Source of the DNA: a virus
Taxonomy: Duplodnaviria; Caudoviricetes
IMG/VR virus record: IMGVR_UViG_3300012663_001203
Location: 1-34,395 of that record
DNA length: 34,395 nucleotides
Reading direction: 5' to 3' (one strand)
The stretch's first letter is position 1. Every line of letters starts with the position of its first letter. Positions 1-7,822 of the stretch are shown here, one piece after another. Below the pieces are notes generated by a model. That model saw only the letters and a list, made by a program, of their open reading frames with translations. It did no database searches and had not been told where the DNA came from. Made by a program: the position numbers and the translations under genes.

Positions 1-2
1 TA

Positions 3-482
3 ATGAAGAAATTCATTCTAATTACATTATTCGCAATGTTACCCGTGGTTTCACACCAACAAGAAATCACAAAAGAGCAAGAAGTATCATTGGATATGGC
101 CAAACAAATGGAATGTATGGCTAAAAATTTATATTATGAAGCTGCCAGAGAATCCTTTGAGGGTAAATTAGCAGTAGCACAGGTGACCATGAACCGTGCA
201 AATAGTCCACTATATCCAAAAACAGTTTGTGAAGTGGTATACCAAAAGACAGGTAATACATATCAATTTAGTTGGGTTGGTGAAAAGGTACACACCAATA
301 TCAACAAGTATGCATGGGAAGAATGTATGATTGTGGCAAGGAAGGCCTTGACAGAACACAAATTACATGATACAATACACAAAACAAATGCAATGTACTA
401 TCACAACACATCGGTTAATCCCGCATGGAAATTGAAGTATGTTACAAAGATTGGTAACCATATATTTTATACACGAACATAA
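3..482 (+). CDS. SleB/Hydrolase_2-family cell wall hydrolase (lytic transglycosylase-like) with N-terminal signal peptide/anchor
   Basis: Family motifs CMAKNLYYEAARESFEGKLAVAQVTMNR, VCEVVYQ, YQFSW, AMYYH..V.P.W, KIGNHIFY; basic-hydrophobic N-terminus MKKFILITLFAMLPVVS. Confidence 0.88.
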   Translation: MKKFILITLFAMLPVVSHQQEITKEQEVSLDMAKQMECMAKNLYYEAARESFEGKLAVAQVTMNRANSPLYPKTVCEVVYQKTGNTYQFSWVGEKVHTNINKYAWEECMIVARKALTEHKLHDTIHKTNAMYYHNTSVNPAWKLKYVTKIGNHIFYTRT

Positions 483-703
483 TGCCTACAAAAAATGAAA
501 TCAGTGAATTTAGTGAAAAGATTGTTGAGATTGCTTCTGAAACAGGCATGACAATGATGGATTCAATCATCCAGTATTGTGAAGATACTGGATTAGAAGT
601 TGATGTGGCCTCCACATTAATTTCATCCGCACTCAAATCAAAAATCCGTGAAGAAGCACAAGAACTAAACTTATTGAAGAAAACAGCCAGACTACCTGTA
701 TGA
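482..703 (+). CDS. gp33: T4 gp33-like late promoter transcription co-activator
   Basis: 73 aa, FSEKIVEIASETGMTMMDSIIQYCE...LISSALKSKIREEAQELNLL; directly upstream of gp59 as in T4-like phages. Confidence 0.85.
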   Translation: MPTKNEISEFSEKIVEIASETGMTMMDSIIQYCEDTGLEVDVASTLISSALKSKIREEAQELNLLKKTARLPV

Positions 704-1320
704 ATTTTCTGTTTAAAGACTATCACGGTTATTCCGCTTTTGCTCTTTTTAATTCTTTGAAATTACATTTTAGTTCTTCTTCATATGACTACTTCAAGTA
801 TCATGGCAAAACAAATATAAGTGAAACTTCGTTTATGAAAAGAAAGGATAAGTATTCTTTCTATAAACTTTCTCGTAAGTATAACCTTGAAGAATTGAAA
901 AACTATTATATTGCCAATTTACTTGAAGGTGATGTGAAATGGATTGGTGCTATCGCAGGCCTTGAAGGTGAGGAAACCTACAGAAAATGGCAAACAAGAA
1001 GTCAACGCTTGACATACCAGTTCGAACAAGATATAATATACATATTCAACAAGTACGAATTGAAAGATGTTCTTTCCGTTGTTGATGATTGGTACCCCAA
1101 TCTTTTGCAGGAAATGATGCAAAAAAACATTATGATGGAAACGGTTGTTATACTAAATGACATGATGAATTTCTTTCCAATGTGGCAGAAGAAAATCAAA
1201 GATGATATTATTTGGCCAAACTGGAAATTAAAACTTGAAAAGTATACACCGTTTCTACATTATGATAAAGACAAGTTCAAGTCTATTGTGAAAGAAAATA
1301 TAAAAGATGTTTTGGTTTAA
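700..1320 (+). CDS. gp59: T4 gp59-like helicase loader
   Basis: LKLHF...YDYFKYHGK, F.KRKDKY.FYKL, ETVVIL, KYTPFL motifs; 206 aa; between gp33 and gp32; ATGA overlap with gp33. Confidence 0.9.
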   Translation: MNFLFKDYHGYSAFALFNSLKLHFSSSSYDYFKYHGKTNISETSFMKRKDKYSFYKLSRKYNLEELKNYYIANLLEGDVKWIGAIAGLEGEETYRKWQTRSQRLTYQFEQDIIYIFNKYELKDVLSVVDDWYPNLLQEMMQKNIMMETVVILNDMMNFFPMWQKKIKDDIIWPNWKLKLEKYTPFLHYDKDKFKSIVKENIKDVLV

Positions 1321-2065
1321 AAAAAATAAGATTGAATTGGTTGCGTTTGTAGATGACGCAGAATTGTTATCAATGTTTCCTGTGGTTGAAGCTAATAAAA
1401 TGTTTCCCACATACTACAACACATTGGAACCAAGGTATACAAAACCAGACCAATTAAATAATGGACTACCCGATTCTATTGCACACAAACAATCAACAAT
1501 TCGTGGTTGTTATGGTATCAATAACTTCAACAATCAAGGATTCATTTTGCCTTTGTGGGCAGAATATGTTGTCTTGATGAAAAATGGCAATGCTCATGCT
1601 ATTGCATCGGCCGAAAATAGAATTCAATACCATGAAATCCAACAATATCAAGGTGCATTGGATCCGTTTCACATTTTTAAGATGGAATCACCATGGGAAT
1701 TTCAATGTAACAGAGATATCAAATGGATGATGATGCAAAATCATTTTGGTGCAAATTCAGATTGTTGGCACACCATTCCAGGTTTAACAGATTTTTACAA
1801 TCAATCAACAACAAACATATTTTTGGCTGTCAATAAAAATCAAAGTGATAAAGAAATCATGTTACGGGCCGGTTCTCCGTTAGCAAAATTTTTCCCGATG
1901 ACAGATGATGAAATTGATTTTAGAATTGAATTGGTTGATGATGTTAAGAAAGTTAAGATTAAACCATTCAAATTCTTTTTCTCTAATGGTTTAACCAAAA
2001 TGGTTCGAGCCAAGAAAAACACACTTGAAAGACAGGGAAGTAAATGTCCCTTTCATAGGAAATAA
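1307..2065 (+). CDS. Hypothetical phage protein, possibly trimeric dUTPase-like beta fold
   Basis: 252 aa ORF filling the gap between gp59 and the HAD gene; motifs TIRGC.G...GFILPLW, FKMESPW, IPGL.D, RAGSPLAKFFP; C-terminal CPFH. Confidence 0.55.
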   Translation: MFWFKKNKIELVAFVDDAELLSMFPVVEANKMFPTYYNTLEPRYTKPDQLNNGLPDSIAHKQSTIRGCYGINNFNNQGFILPLWAEYVVLMKNGNAHAIASAENRIQYHEIQQYQGALDPFHIFKMESPWEFQCNRDIKWMMMQNHFGANSDCWHTIPGLTDFYNQSTTNIFLAVNKNQSDKEIMLRAGSPLAKFFPMTDDEIDFRIELVDDVKKVKIKPFKFFFSNGLTKMVRAKKNTLERQGSKCPFHRK

Positions 2066-2067
2066 TT

Positions 2068-2568
2068 ATGAAAATTTCTAAAATTTATGTTGATATGGAT
2101 GGTGTTCTCTGTAACTTTGAGAAAAGATATAAAGAACTGTACGGTGAAATTTCTGAAACGGGTCGCCGTAAAGAATTCAAACGAAACTTCAACCATTTCA
2201 TTGAAACTGAACAGTTTGCAACATTAGAAATTCTGGACGATGCACGTTTTCTGATTGATGCCTTGGACTTTTATGTGATGCCAAAAGAGATTCTATCTTC
2301 TACGGCATACCAAGAAGTCTATGAACCAATCTCTATGCAAAAGGCTCGTTGGTTAGCGACACACAACATTTCTTGGAAACAAAACTTTGTTCCAGGGAAG
2401 GCACACAAATACAAGTGGGCAACTCCAAATTCTGTAATTATTGATGACACATGGAGTGTTATTGATGATTGGAGAAAGGCAGGTGGAATTGGTATTCATC
2501 ACAAAAATACCGAACAAACCTTGGCAGAGTTAAAATGCTGCCTAAATAAAGATATACATTATGCATAA
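2068..2568 (+). CDS. HAD-superfamily 5'(3')-deoxyribonucleotidase-like phosphatase (NT5C type)
   Basis: HAD motif I IYVDMDGVL, motif II ILSS, K..WL, motif IV VIIDD, W..AGGIGIHH. Confidence 0.85.
   Translation: MKISKIYVDMDGVLCNFEKRYKELYGEISETGRRKEFKRNFNHFIETEQFATLEILDDARFLIDALDFYVMPKEILSSTAYQEVYEPISMQKARWLATHNISWKQNFVPGKAHKYKWATPNSVIIDDTWSVIDDWRKAGGIGIHHKNTEQTLAELKCCLNKDIHYA
2541..2548 (+). promoter_or_regulatory. Putative T4-type late promoter (CCTAAATA) upstream of gp32
   Basis: Matches TAAATA core of the T4 late consensus TATAAATA, about 80 nt before the gp32 start; T4 gene 32 also has a late promoter. Confidence 0.5.
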
Positions 2569-2577
2569 CGTGGACAA

Positions 2578-2610
2578 TCCGTTTAATATTCCGTTAATAT
2601 TCCGTTTATA
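2578..2610 (+). repeat. Three tandem TCCGTT(T)AATAT-like repeats in the gp32 leader; candidate autogenous translational operator
   Basis: TCCGTTTAATAT (2578-2589), TCCGTTAATAT (2590-2600), TCCGTTTATA (2601-2610), just before the RBS AGAAGG and ATG 2626. Confidence 0.7.
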
Positions 2611-2625
2611 AGAAAGAAGGTAATT

Positions 2626-3513
2626 ATGGTAGATTTCGCCAATTTGAAAAAGAGTTCAGGCAACCTGAGCAAACTCACTAAAGCCGTAGAAGCACTCAAC
2701 GCTTCATCAGACGGTAAATCCGACAAAGAGAACTATTGGAAACCAGAAGTAGACAAAGCCGGTAACGGTATGGCTACAATTCGTTTCTTGCCAGCTGCAG
2801 CAGTAGATGGTGAAGATGGTTTGCCTTGGGCAAAAATCTTTGAACATGGATTTCAAGGACCAGGTGGTTGGTTAATCGACAAGTGTTTGACAACCAAAGG
2901 TCAACAATGTCCTGTATGCGAACACAACAACAAATTGTGGAACTCAGGCATTGAAGCGAACAAAGATATTGTTCGTAAACAAAAGCGTAAACTAAGTTAC
3001 ATTGCTAACATCTATATCGTTTCTGATCCTAAGCATCCAGAGAATGAGGGCAAAGTTAAATTGTTCAAGTTCGGTGCTAAGATTTTCGAAAAGGTTACAG
3101 AGGCAATGAATCCTCAGTTTGAAGACGAAACACCAATCAATCCATTTGATTTGTGGAAAGGTGCTAACTTCAAGTTGAAGATTACTAAAGTCGCTGGTTA
3201 TCAAAACTACGACAAGTCAGAATTCATGTCCGCATCCGCATTGTTGGATGACGATGGTGAATTGGAAAAGATTTGGAAGTCTCAACACTCATTGTCTGTA
3301 TTGACAGAGGACAAAGAATTCAAATCATATGATGACTTGAAGTCTCGTTTGGATAAAGTTTTGGGTGCTTCTGAAATGCCTAAGACTACAGTTGAAACCT
3401 TCAAGGCTGCTGCACCAAAAGCAAAACCAATTGCTGAAGATGCACCATTTGATGTATCAAGTGAATCAGAAGATGATGACATGGCCTACTTCTCTAAGTT
3501 GGCTGACGAATAA
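2626..3513 (+). CDS. gp32: T4 gp32-like single-stranded DNA-binding protein
   Basis: WKPEVDKAGNG.A.IRFLP, HGFQGPGGW, C.TT....CPVCE zinc ligands, KRKLSY.ANI, GANFKLKI, NYDKSEF, acidic tail DDDMAYFSKLADE. Confidence 0.97.
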   Translation: MVDFANLKKSSGNLSKLTKAVEALNASSDGKSDKENYWKPEVDKAGNGMATIRFLPAAAVDGEDGLPWAKIFEHGFQGPGGWLIDKCLTTKGQQCPVCEHNNKLWNSGIEANKDIVRKQKRKLSYIANIYIVSDPKHPENEGKVKLFKFGAKIFEKVTEAMNPQFEDETPINPFDLWKGANFKLKITKVAGYQNYDKSEFMSASALLDDDGELEKIWKSQHSLSVLTEDKEFKSYDDLKSRLDKVLGASEMPKTTVETFKAAAPKAKPIAEDAPFDVSSESEDDDMAYFSKLADE

Positions 3514-3532
3514 AATACTCACAGTATGTTTA

Positions 3533-3557
3533 GACCCCGCCTAGTGCGGGGTTTTTT
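3533..3557 (+). terminator. Rho-independent terminator after gp32
   Basis: Stem ACCCCGC / loop CTAGT / GCGGGGT followed by a T-tract; lies between convergent genes. Confidence 0.9.
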
Positions 3558-3562
3558 ATTGG

Positions 3563-4873
3563 TTATACAACTCTTGTTGAATTGTATATCATTCTCTGTA
3601 AGGTTGCTTCCATATTACGAACAGGCGGAATACTAGGCTTTGGCGACTTTGGTTTTGGTGTATTGTTTGCTACCACATTATTTGTCACGGTCGAGGATGA
3701 GTTCACCATAGAGTCCATTTTTGCAGACCTATTCTCTGCTGTAACCGCATTTAATTGTTGACTTGGTGGTGCCGTGGTCATTGCGGCAGCGCTGGTTTCA
3801 CTAGCTGGTGATGCGGGTGCCGCTGGTGTTGTGGTGGTCGGCGATGCAGGTTTTTGTTTTGCTGCAATTTCGGCATCAATTGCATTTATTTGGGTTAATT
3901 TCTTTTTATCAACCTCATCAAGCGGCATTCCATTTTTTTGTTTGATACGAGGATCAACACCAGAATCCAAAATTTCTGCTTTCTTGGCCTGCAATTCTTC
4001 GATTGTAGAAGCTTTCAGTCCCTTCTTGTCAACAGCCGTAGCCATTTTCTTTCTGGTTTGTTCATCTGCTGTTGGTGCTGTAATTTGGCCTTCTGAACCG
4101 AGTCCGGCAGCAGTCACACCACCTGCACCTTCACCCCTCAATGATTCTTTAACCGCTTCAGGTGAAGATGCTTTCCACAATTCATATATTGCTAGCCCTA
4201 GTCCAGCGCCAGCTATCAGAGCGAGTCCTAGTGGTGATGCAACAAGACCACCAATAAGTTTAATCATTTGTGTAACACCACCAAACGCACCAAGCATAGA
4301 TTCAATTATACCCATAATATCTAAACCATCATCAGCATTTACCTTCTCAGCGGTTTGTTTTTTGCCTGGACTAAAGCCTTTTATAGCATTCAATAAATCT
4401 TTATGTCTTTTGTCTGCTTCTAAATCTTTTTCTTCTTTGAAATTATTTAATCGTTCTCTTTGTTCTCTGATGTTATCATAAGTTCTTTGTTGCAATTCCA
4501 ATATTTTATTAAGTATGTCGGACACACCAGACATATCACCACTAGCACTAGGGTCTTTACCAATTTTAGTGGCAGTTTGTGAACCAACTGGTCGAGCTCT
4601 ACCGGCAAAATACTCAATATCTTTTCTGGAACGGCCAAGCATTTTACCTAAAATTGCAGGACCAAGGCGTGAACCACCAGTTAAAAATTTAGCAATATTA
4701 AGTGGATCAAACCTTGCTTTGATGCCAGTAATTCTTGCACGAGTTTTTAATCCAATGGCACTTTTTATTCCACTTAGGTAACCTTTACCTTGAATAAGTT
4801 CGTCTGCGTAAACGGAAGAAAGAGATTGTCCTCTTAATCTTCTCGCTTGTTGGTATGACATGTTATTGGCCAT
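3563..4873 (-). CDS. Putative tape-measure / baseplate hub-associated protein (gp29-like position), second paralogue
   Basis: Helical coiled-coil segments, central Gly/Ala/Leu hydrophobic stretch (LIGGLVASPLGLALIAGAGLGLAIYELW), Asn/Thr-rich C-terminus TVTNNVVANN; downstream of gp26/gp51. Confidence 0.55.
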   Translation of the reverse strand: MANNMSYQQARRLRGQSLSSVYADELIQGKGYLSGIKSAIGLKTRARITGIKARFDPLNIAKFLTGGSRLGPAILGKMLGRSRKDIEYFAGRARPVGSQTATKIGKDPSASGDMSGVSDILNKILELQQRTYDNIREQRERLNNFKEEKDLEADKRHKDLLNAIKGFSPGKKQTAEKVNADDGLDIMGIIESMLGAFGGVTQMIKLIGGLVASPLGLALIAGAGLGLAIYELWKASSPEAVKESLRGEGAGGVTAAGLGSEGQITAPTADEQTRKKMATAVDKKGLKASTIEELQAKKAEILDSGVDPRIKQKNGMPLDEVDKKKLTQINAIDAEIAAKQKPASPTTTTPAAPASPASETSAAAMTTAPPSQQLNAVTAENRSAKMDSMVNSSSTVTNNVVANNTPKPKSPKPSIPPVRNMEATLQRMIYNSTRVV

Positions 4874-6244
4874 TTATTGTCCCTGCATCTTTCTTTGCAT
4901 TGCTGAACGGTCATCTACCTTTGCATCTTTTATTGGTGCTGCTGGTTGTTGTGTTGTTGAATTATCAACATTATTTACTGTTGTTGATTGTTGTTGTTTT
5001 TCTAAGTTTGCATTAAGTTCGGCATTTTCTTTGGATGATTGATTTAAGTTATTACCATCATTTTTTAACATATCTAACGCTTGCGATTTTTCTTGGATAA
5101 ATCTGTCTTGTACACTCTTTCTTACTTTTTCTGTACTACTACCAAATTTTGTTCCTCTTATTTCATATACACTGTTTATTATATTCTTTGGATCGGCATT
5201 TGGTCCACCATTATCTTGAATTGCTTTTTTAAATATTCCGTTAGCACCACCTGGTCCATGTTGTACTACTGTACTAAAAAAAACATCTTTTATAGCAGCA
5301 GATTGTTGTTCAATATCATAACCAGTCACTTTTAACAATGTTTTTGCAGCGGGTTTATATTGTGAGTCTTCAATAAAATCGTGTTGTAATTTTTCAAATT
5401 CTTTACCTTTTTCCGCAGATATTTTTTTCCATTCATCAACAAATGGTCCTTTATTCGATCCCGTATCAGCAGGACCAGCAGACTTTAATCTTGATACTAT
5501 ATCAGTTTCACCTTTAGCTTCTGCAAATTTTAAAAATGCAGCCATAGTACCAACCTTAGCAGCTATTTGATAAGTACCATAACTAGTTCCACCAGTAGAA
5601 TCCCAACCAACCACTGCGCCTGAATTTTTTCTTCCACCGGTTTCAAATTTGGAACTTAATTTACCTAATTCTTGAGTAGTTTTAGTTGCTGAAGGTGGTG
5701 GTTTTACGCCCGCAGGTTTTGGTACAGGCTCTGCTTTTGGTGGCTTCGCTTCGACAGGTTTTTCTTCAGCCGTTTTCTTTTTGGCTGCAGCTTCTTTATC
5801 TGCTTTGTCTTTGGCGTCCTTGGTTTCTTTCTCGGCCTTTTTCTTGGAAGCTTCTTGATCCTTTTTAACCTTTTCTTCAACCTTCTTTTCTTCAGGCTTT
5901 TTAGGTTCTTCTTTCTTTTCTTCAGGCTTTTTAGGTTCTTCTTTCTTAGGCTCTTCTTTTTTCTTAGGTGGTTTTTTGGCCTTAGGTTTTCTGCGAGCAG
6001 TTAATACTTTGATGAGAGCTGCATTTCTGTCGTTTTCTTTTTTGTCTTTGTCTCTTTGTTCTTTCATTGACAATTCATGGTCAATGTCTTGCTCTTCCTG
6101 CACTTTCAACATCATACCATAGATTTGGCCAAGCAAATCCACAGGAGAGCCACCATTGCCACCCATAGGACCCAAATCAGGTTTTTTAACAAAATCACCC
6201 AAGGATTTTGCTGTGTTCATTGATTGTTCTGATGGTTGTGGCAT
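4874..6244 (-). CDS. Putative tape-measure-like virion protein with VgrG3-C-type peptidoglycan hydrolase domain
   Basis: LGKLSSKFETGG...DSTGGTSYGTYQ, F.KLQHDFI, VFFSTVVQHGP, IY..R..F.SS....SV..RF..E typical of the lysozyme-like VgrG3 C-terminal family; K/E/P-rich linker; C-terminal TTVNNV. Confidence 0.7.
   Translation of the reverse strand: MPQPSEQSMNTAKSLGDFVKKPDLGPMGGNGGSPVDLLGQIYGMMLKVQEEQDIDHELSMKEQRDKDKKENDRNAALIKVLTARRKPKAKKPPKKKEEPKKEEPKKPEEKKEEPKKPEEKKVEEKVKKDQEASKKKAEKETKDAKDKADKEAAAKKKTAEEKPVEAKPPKAEPVPKPAGVKPPPSATKTTQELGKLSSKFETGGRKNSGAVVGWDSTGGTSYGTYQIAAKVGTMAAFLKFAEAKGETDIVSRLKSAGPADTGSNKGPFVDEWKKISAEKGKEFEKLQHDFIEDSQYKPAAKTLLKVTGYDIEQQSAAIKDVFFSTVVQHGPGGANGIFKKAIQDNGGPNADPKNIINSVYEIRGTKFGSSTEKVRKSVQDRFIQEKSQALDMLKNDGNNLNQSSKENAELNANLEKQQQSTTVNNVDNSTTQQPAAPIKDAKVDDRSAMQRKMQGQ
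5883..5947. repeat. 30-bp tandem duplication encoding KKEEPKKPEE
   Basis: TTCTTTTCTTCAGGCTTTTTAGGTTCTTCT exact at 5883-5912 and 5913-5942, plus partial third copy. Confidence 0.9.
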
Positions 6245-6439
6245 TTATCTTCTTTGACGTTCTTTTAGTTTTTGGTTTTCTTCCTCAATATATTGTATCA
6301 ACATGGCAACATAGATATCTCGTTCCCATGGCATCATATTCTCAAGTTCAGTTAGACTATACTTATGGTGTTGTATCAATGAAAAGTTAGTCGTATAATA
6401 GTTTTTCAAATTATCATGACGAAATGTTAGCCGAAAAAA
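6245..6439 (-). CDS. gp51: gp51-like baseplate hub/tail assembly catalyst frame (absent from ORF track); probably the -1 frameshift extension of gp26
   Basis: Manual translation FFRLTFRHDNLKNYYTTNFSLIQHHKYSLTELENMMPWERDIYVAMLIQYIEEENQKLKERQRR*; matches the short gp51 of cyanophage-type T4-likes; no ATG before MMPWER; alternative TTG at 6409 has no SD. Confidence 0.85.
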   Translation of the reverse strand, partial: FFRLTFRHDNLKNYYTTNFSLIQHHKYSLTELENMMPWERDIYVAMLIQYIEEENQKLKERQRR

Positions 6440-7152
6440 TTTTCTAACCCTTCCACCTCAATCGTATGGTCAAAACCACACTTACTGCATTTTAATTCAA
6501 TATTTTTAGTCATTTTTGGTAGGTTATTGAAGAAGTTTTCTACTTTGTTAAACTGTTCTTGGTTCAACGATTCAACAAATTCTAACATCTCACCTGGTTG
6601 TGTTTCTTTTGCATAATGAAATTGTTCACCATCATAGATGTATTCAACAGAATTTGCAATCATGTTAAAAGTTATGTCAGCCAAATTGTCCATATTCAAA
6701 GACTCTTTAACATTACCAAACTCAGGATATTTCATTTTGATTGTAAGTGCTGGCGTCAATTGAATTTCTGGACTGACAGTATTGGATAAATCTGGTTTGA
6801 TTTCCAACAAATTAATTTCAGCTTTCATGGTATTACCACACACTTTGTCATCAACTTCATTGTTGCAACGATAGTTTGACTCAACTATTTCACCAACCGA
6901 TTTGGCTCTGAGGTTGATGAAATAATATTCAACATCAAGTATTGGTAAACTCTCAATATCAACACCTTCTGTTAAGGTGCAGTTATATAGAATGTCTTTA
7001 ATATTTTGTTGAATTGTTGATGATTCATCAGATTCAATGGCCATCAACAAGTTTCTTTGTTCTTTCACTAGGAAAGGACGGTATTTAATTTTCTTCTTTG
7101 AAATAGGTAATTCTAGTTCATATGTTGGTATATCAATCTTCGGCAAAGCCAT
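6427..7152 (-). CDS. gp26: T4 gp26-like baseplate hub assembly protein/chaperone
   Basis: MALPKID.PTYEL.LP, KYRPFLVKEQ..LL.A.ES, LRAKSVGE, MKYP, FF..LPK, CSKCG, EGLENFF; strong SD TAAGGAG. Confidence 0.92.
   Translation of the reverse strand: MALPKIDIPTYELELPISKKKIKYRPFLVKEQRNLLMAIESDESSTIQQNIKDILYNCTLTEGVDIESLPILDVEYYFINLRAKSVGEIVESNYRCNNEVDDKVCGNTMKAEINLLEIKPDLSNTVSPEIQLTPALTIKMKYPEFGNVKESLNMDNLADITFNMIANSVEYIYDGEQFHYAKETQPGEMLEFVESLNQEQFNKVENFFNNLPKMTKNIELKCSKCGFDHTIEVEGLENFFG
6433..6439 (-). other. Candidate -1 slippery heptamer T TTT TTC at the 3' end of gp26
   Basis: mRNA GAA AAU UUU UUC GGC UAA is X XXY YYZ in the gp26 frame; -1 frame continues open for 62 codons into the gp51-like sequence. 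Confidence 0.7.
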
Positions 7153-7165
7153 AATTATTCACTCC

Positions 7166-7822
7166 TTAATAATCGTAAATTTCAGTTTTTCCATCCGGAT
7201 TAATTGCATTGATTGATGTACTTCTAGCACCATCCGGTAAATTTGTGCCATTGAATATATCTTCCAAACCAGCTTCCAAGAACTGCATACCAAGAGCTTG
7301 CAGTGAATTGTTTTGCCAGTATGTATATGCAAAAGTGACGGACAATTTGTGATAACCATCATCATTCCATGTCAAATCTAATTGGTTCATGGAAATAGGA
7401 TATGCACCGTATGCACTTATCGAATAAGTTAATTTATTCGACATATCATATTGATTAATCGTAATCGCTGTAGAATAGTTATCTTTATATTTAAAGTCGT
7501 TGGTGTATGTTGGATTAATATAATTCATCCAAGCATCAAAAAATACTTTCTGGTTCATATCACCATCAACGATAAAGGTTAATTCTAAGTCTTCGTATGT
7601 TGACAGGTATGGATGTTTTTCAATTGGTCCATAAGTTTTTTGGTCGGCTGTAGCAAATGTTCTACCGGGAAGTTGTGCTGATTCGCAACGATATCTCAAA
7701 TTTCTAGCAGTCTTGTTATAAGGAATCAACACAATTGGAATAGGAATATCCACATCAAACCGATGTGGCCTTGCTAATTCGGTATTAAATGATGACTTGA
7801 AATCGCTAATTGATCCGGCCAT
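7166..7822 (-). CDS. gp54: gp54-like baseplate tail-tube initiator (tail tube fold)
   Basis: LARPHRFDV.I, RCESAQLPGR, LTFIVD.DM....FFDAWM, AYPI....LDL.W....KLSVTFAY.YW; start taken at ATG 7822 (TAATG coupling to gp2) rather than 7858. Confidence 0.7.
   Translation of the reverse strand: MAGSISDFKSSFNTELARPHRFDVDIPIPIVLIPYNKTARNLRYRCESAQLPGRTFATADQKTYGPIEKHPYLSTYEDLELTFIVDGDMNQKVFFDAWMNYINPTYTNDFKYKDNYSTAITINQYDMSNKLTYSISAYGAYPISMNQLDLTWNDDGYHKLSVTFAYTYWQNNSLQALGMQFLEAGLEDIFNGTNLPDGARSTSINAINPDGKTEIYDY

Noticed and set aside
3774-4481. 235-aa + strand ORF and the other short antisense ORFs in the track
   Set aside because: Lie opposite well-supported genes, with no RBS or recognisable motifs.
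6208-6390. 60-aa hydrophobic + strand ORF (holin-like look)
   Set aside because: Antisense to the conserved gp51-like frame; hydrophobicity derives from complementing Lys/Glu codons.
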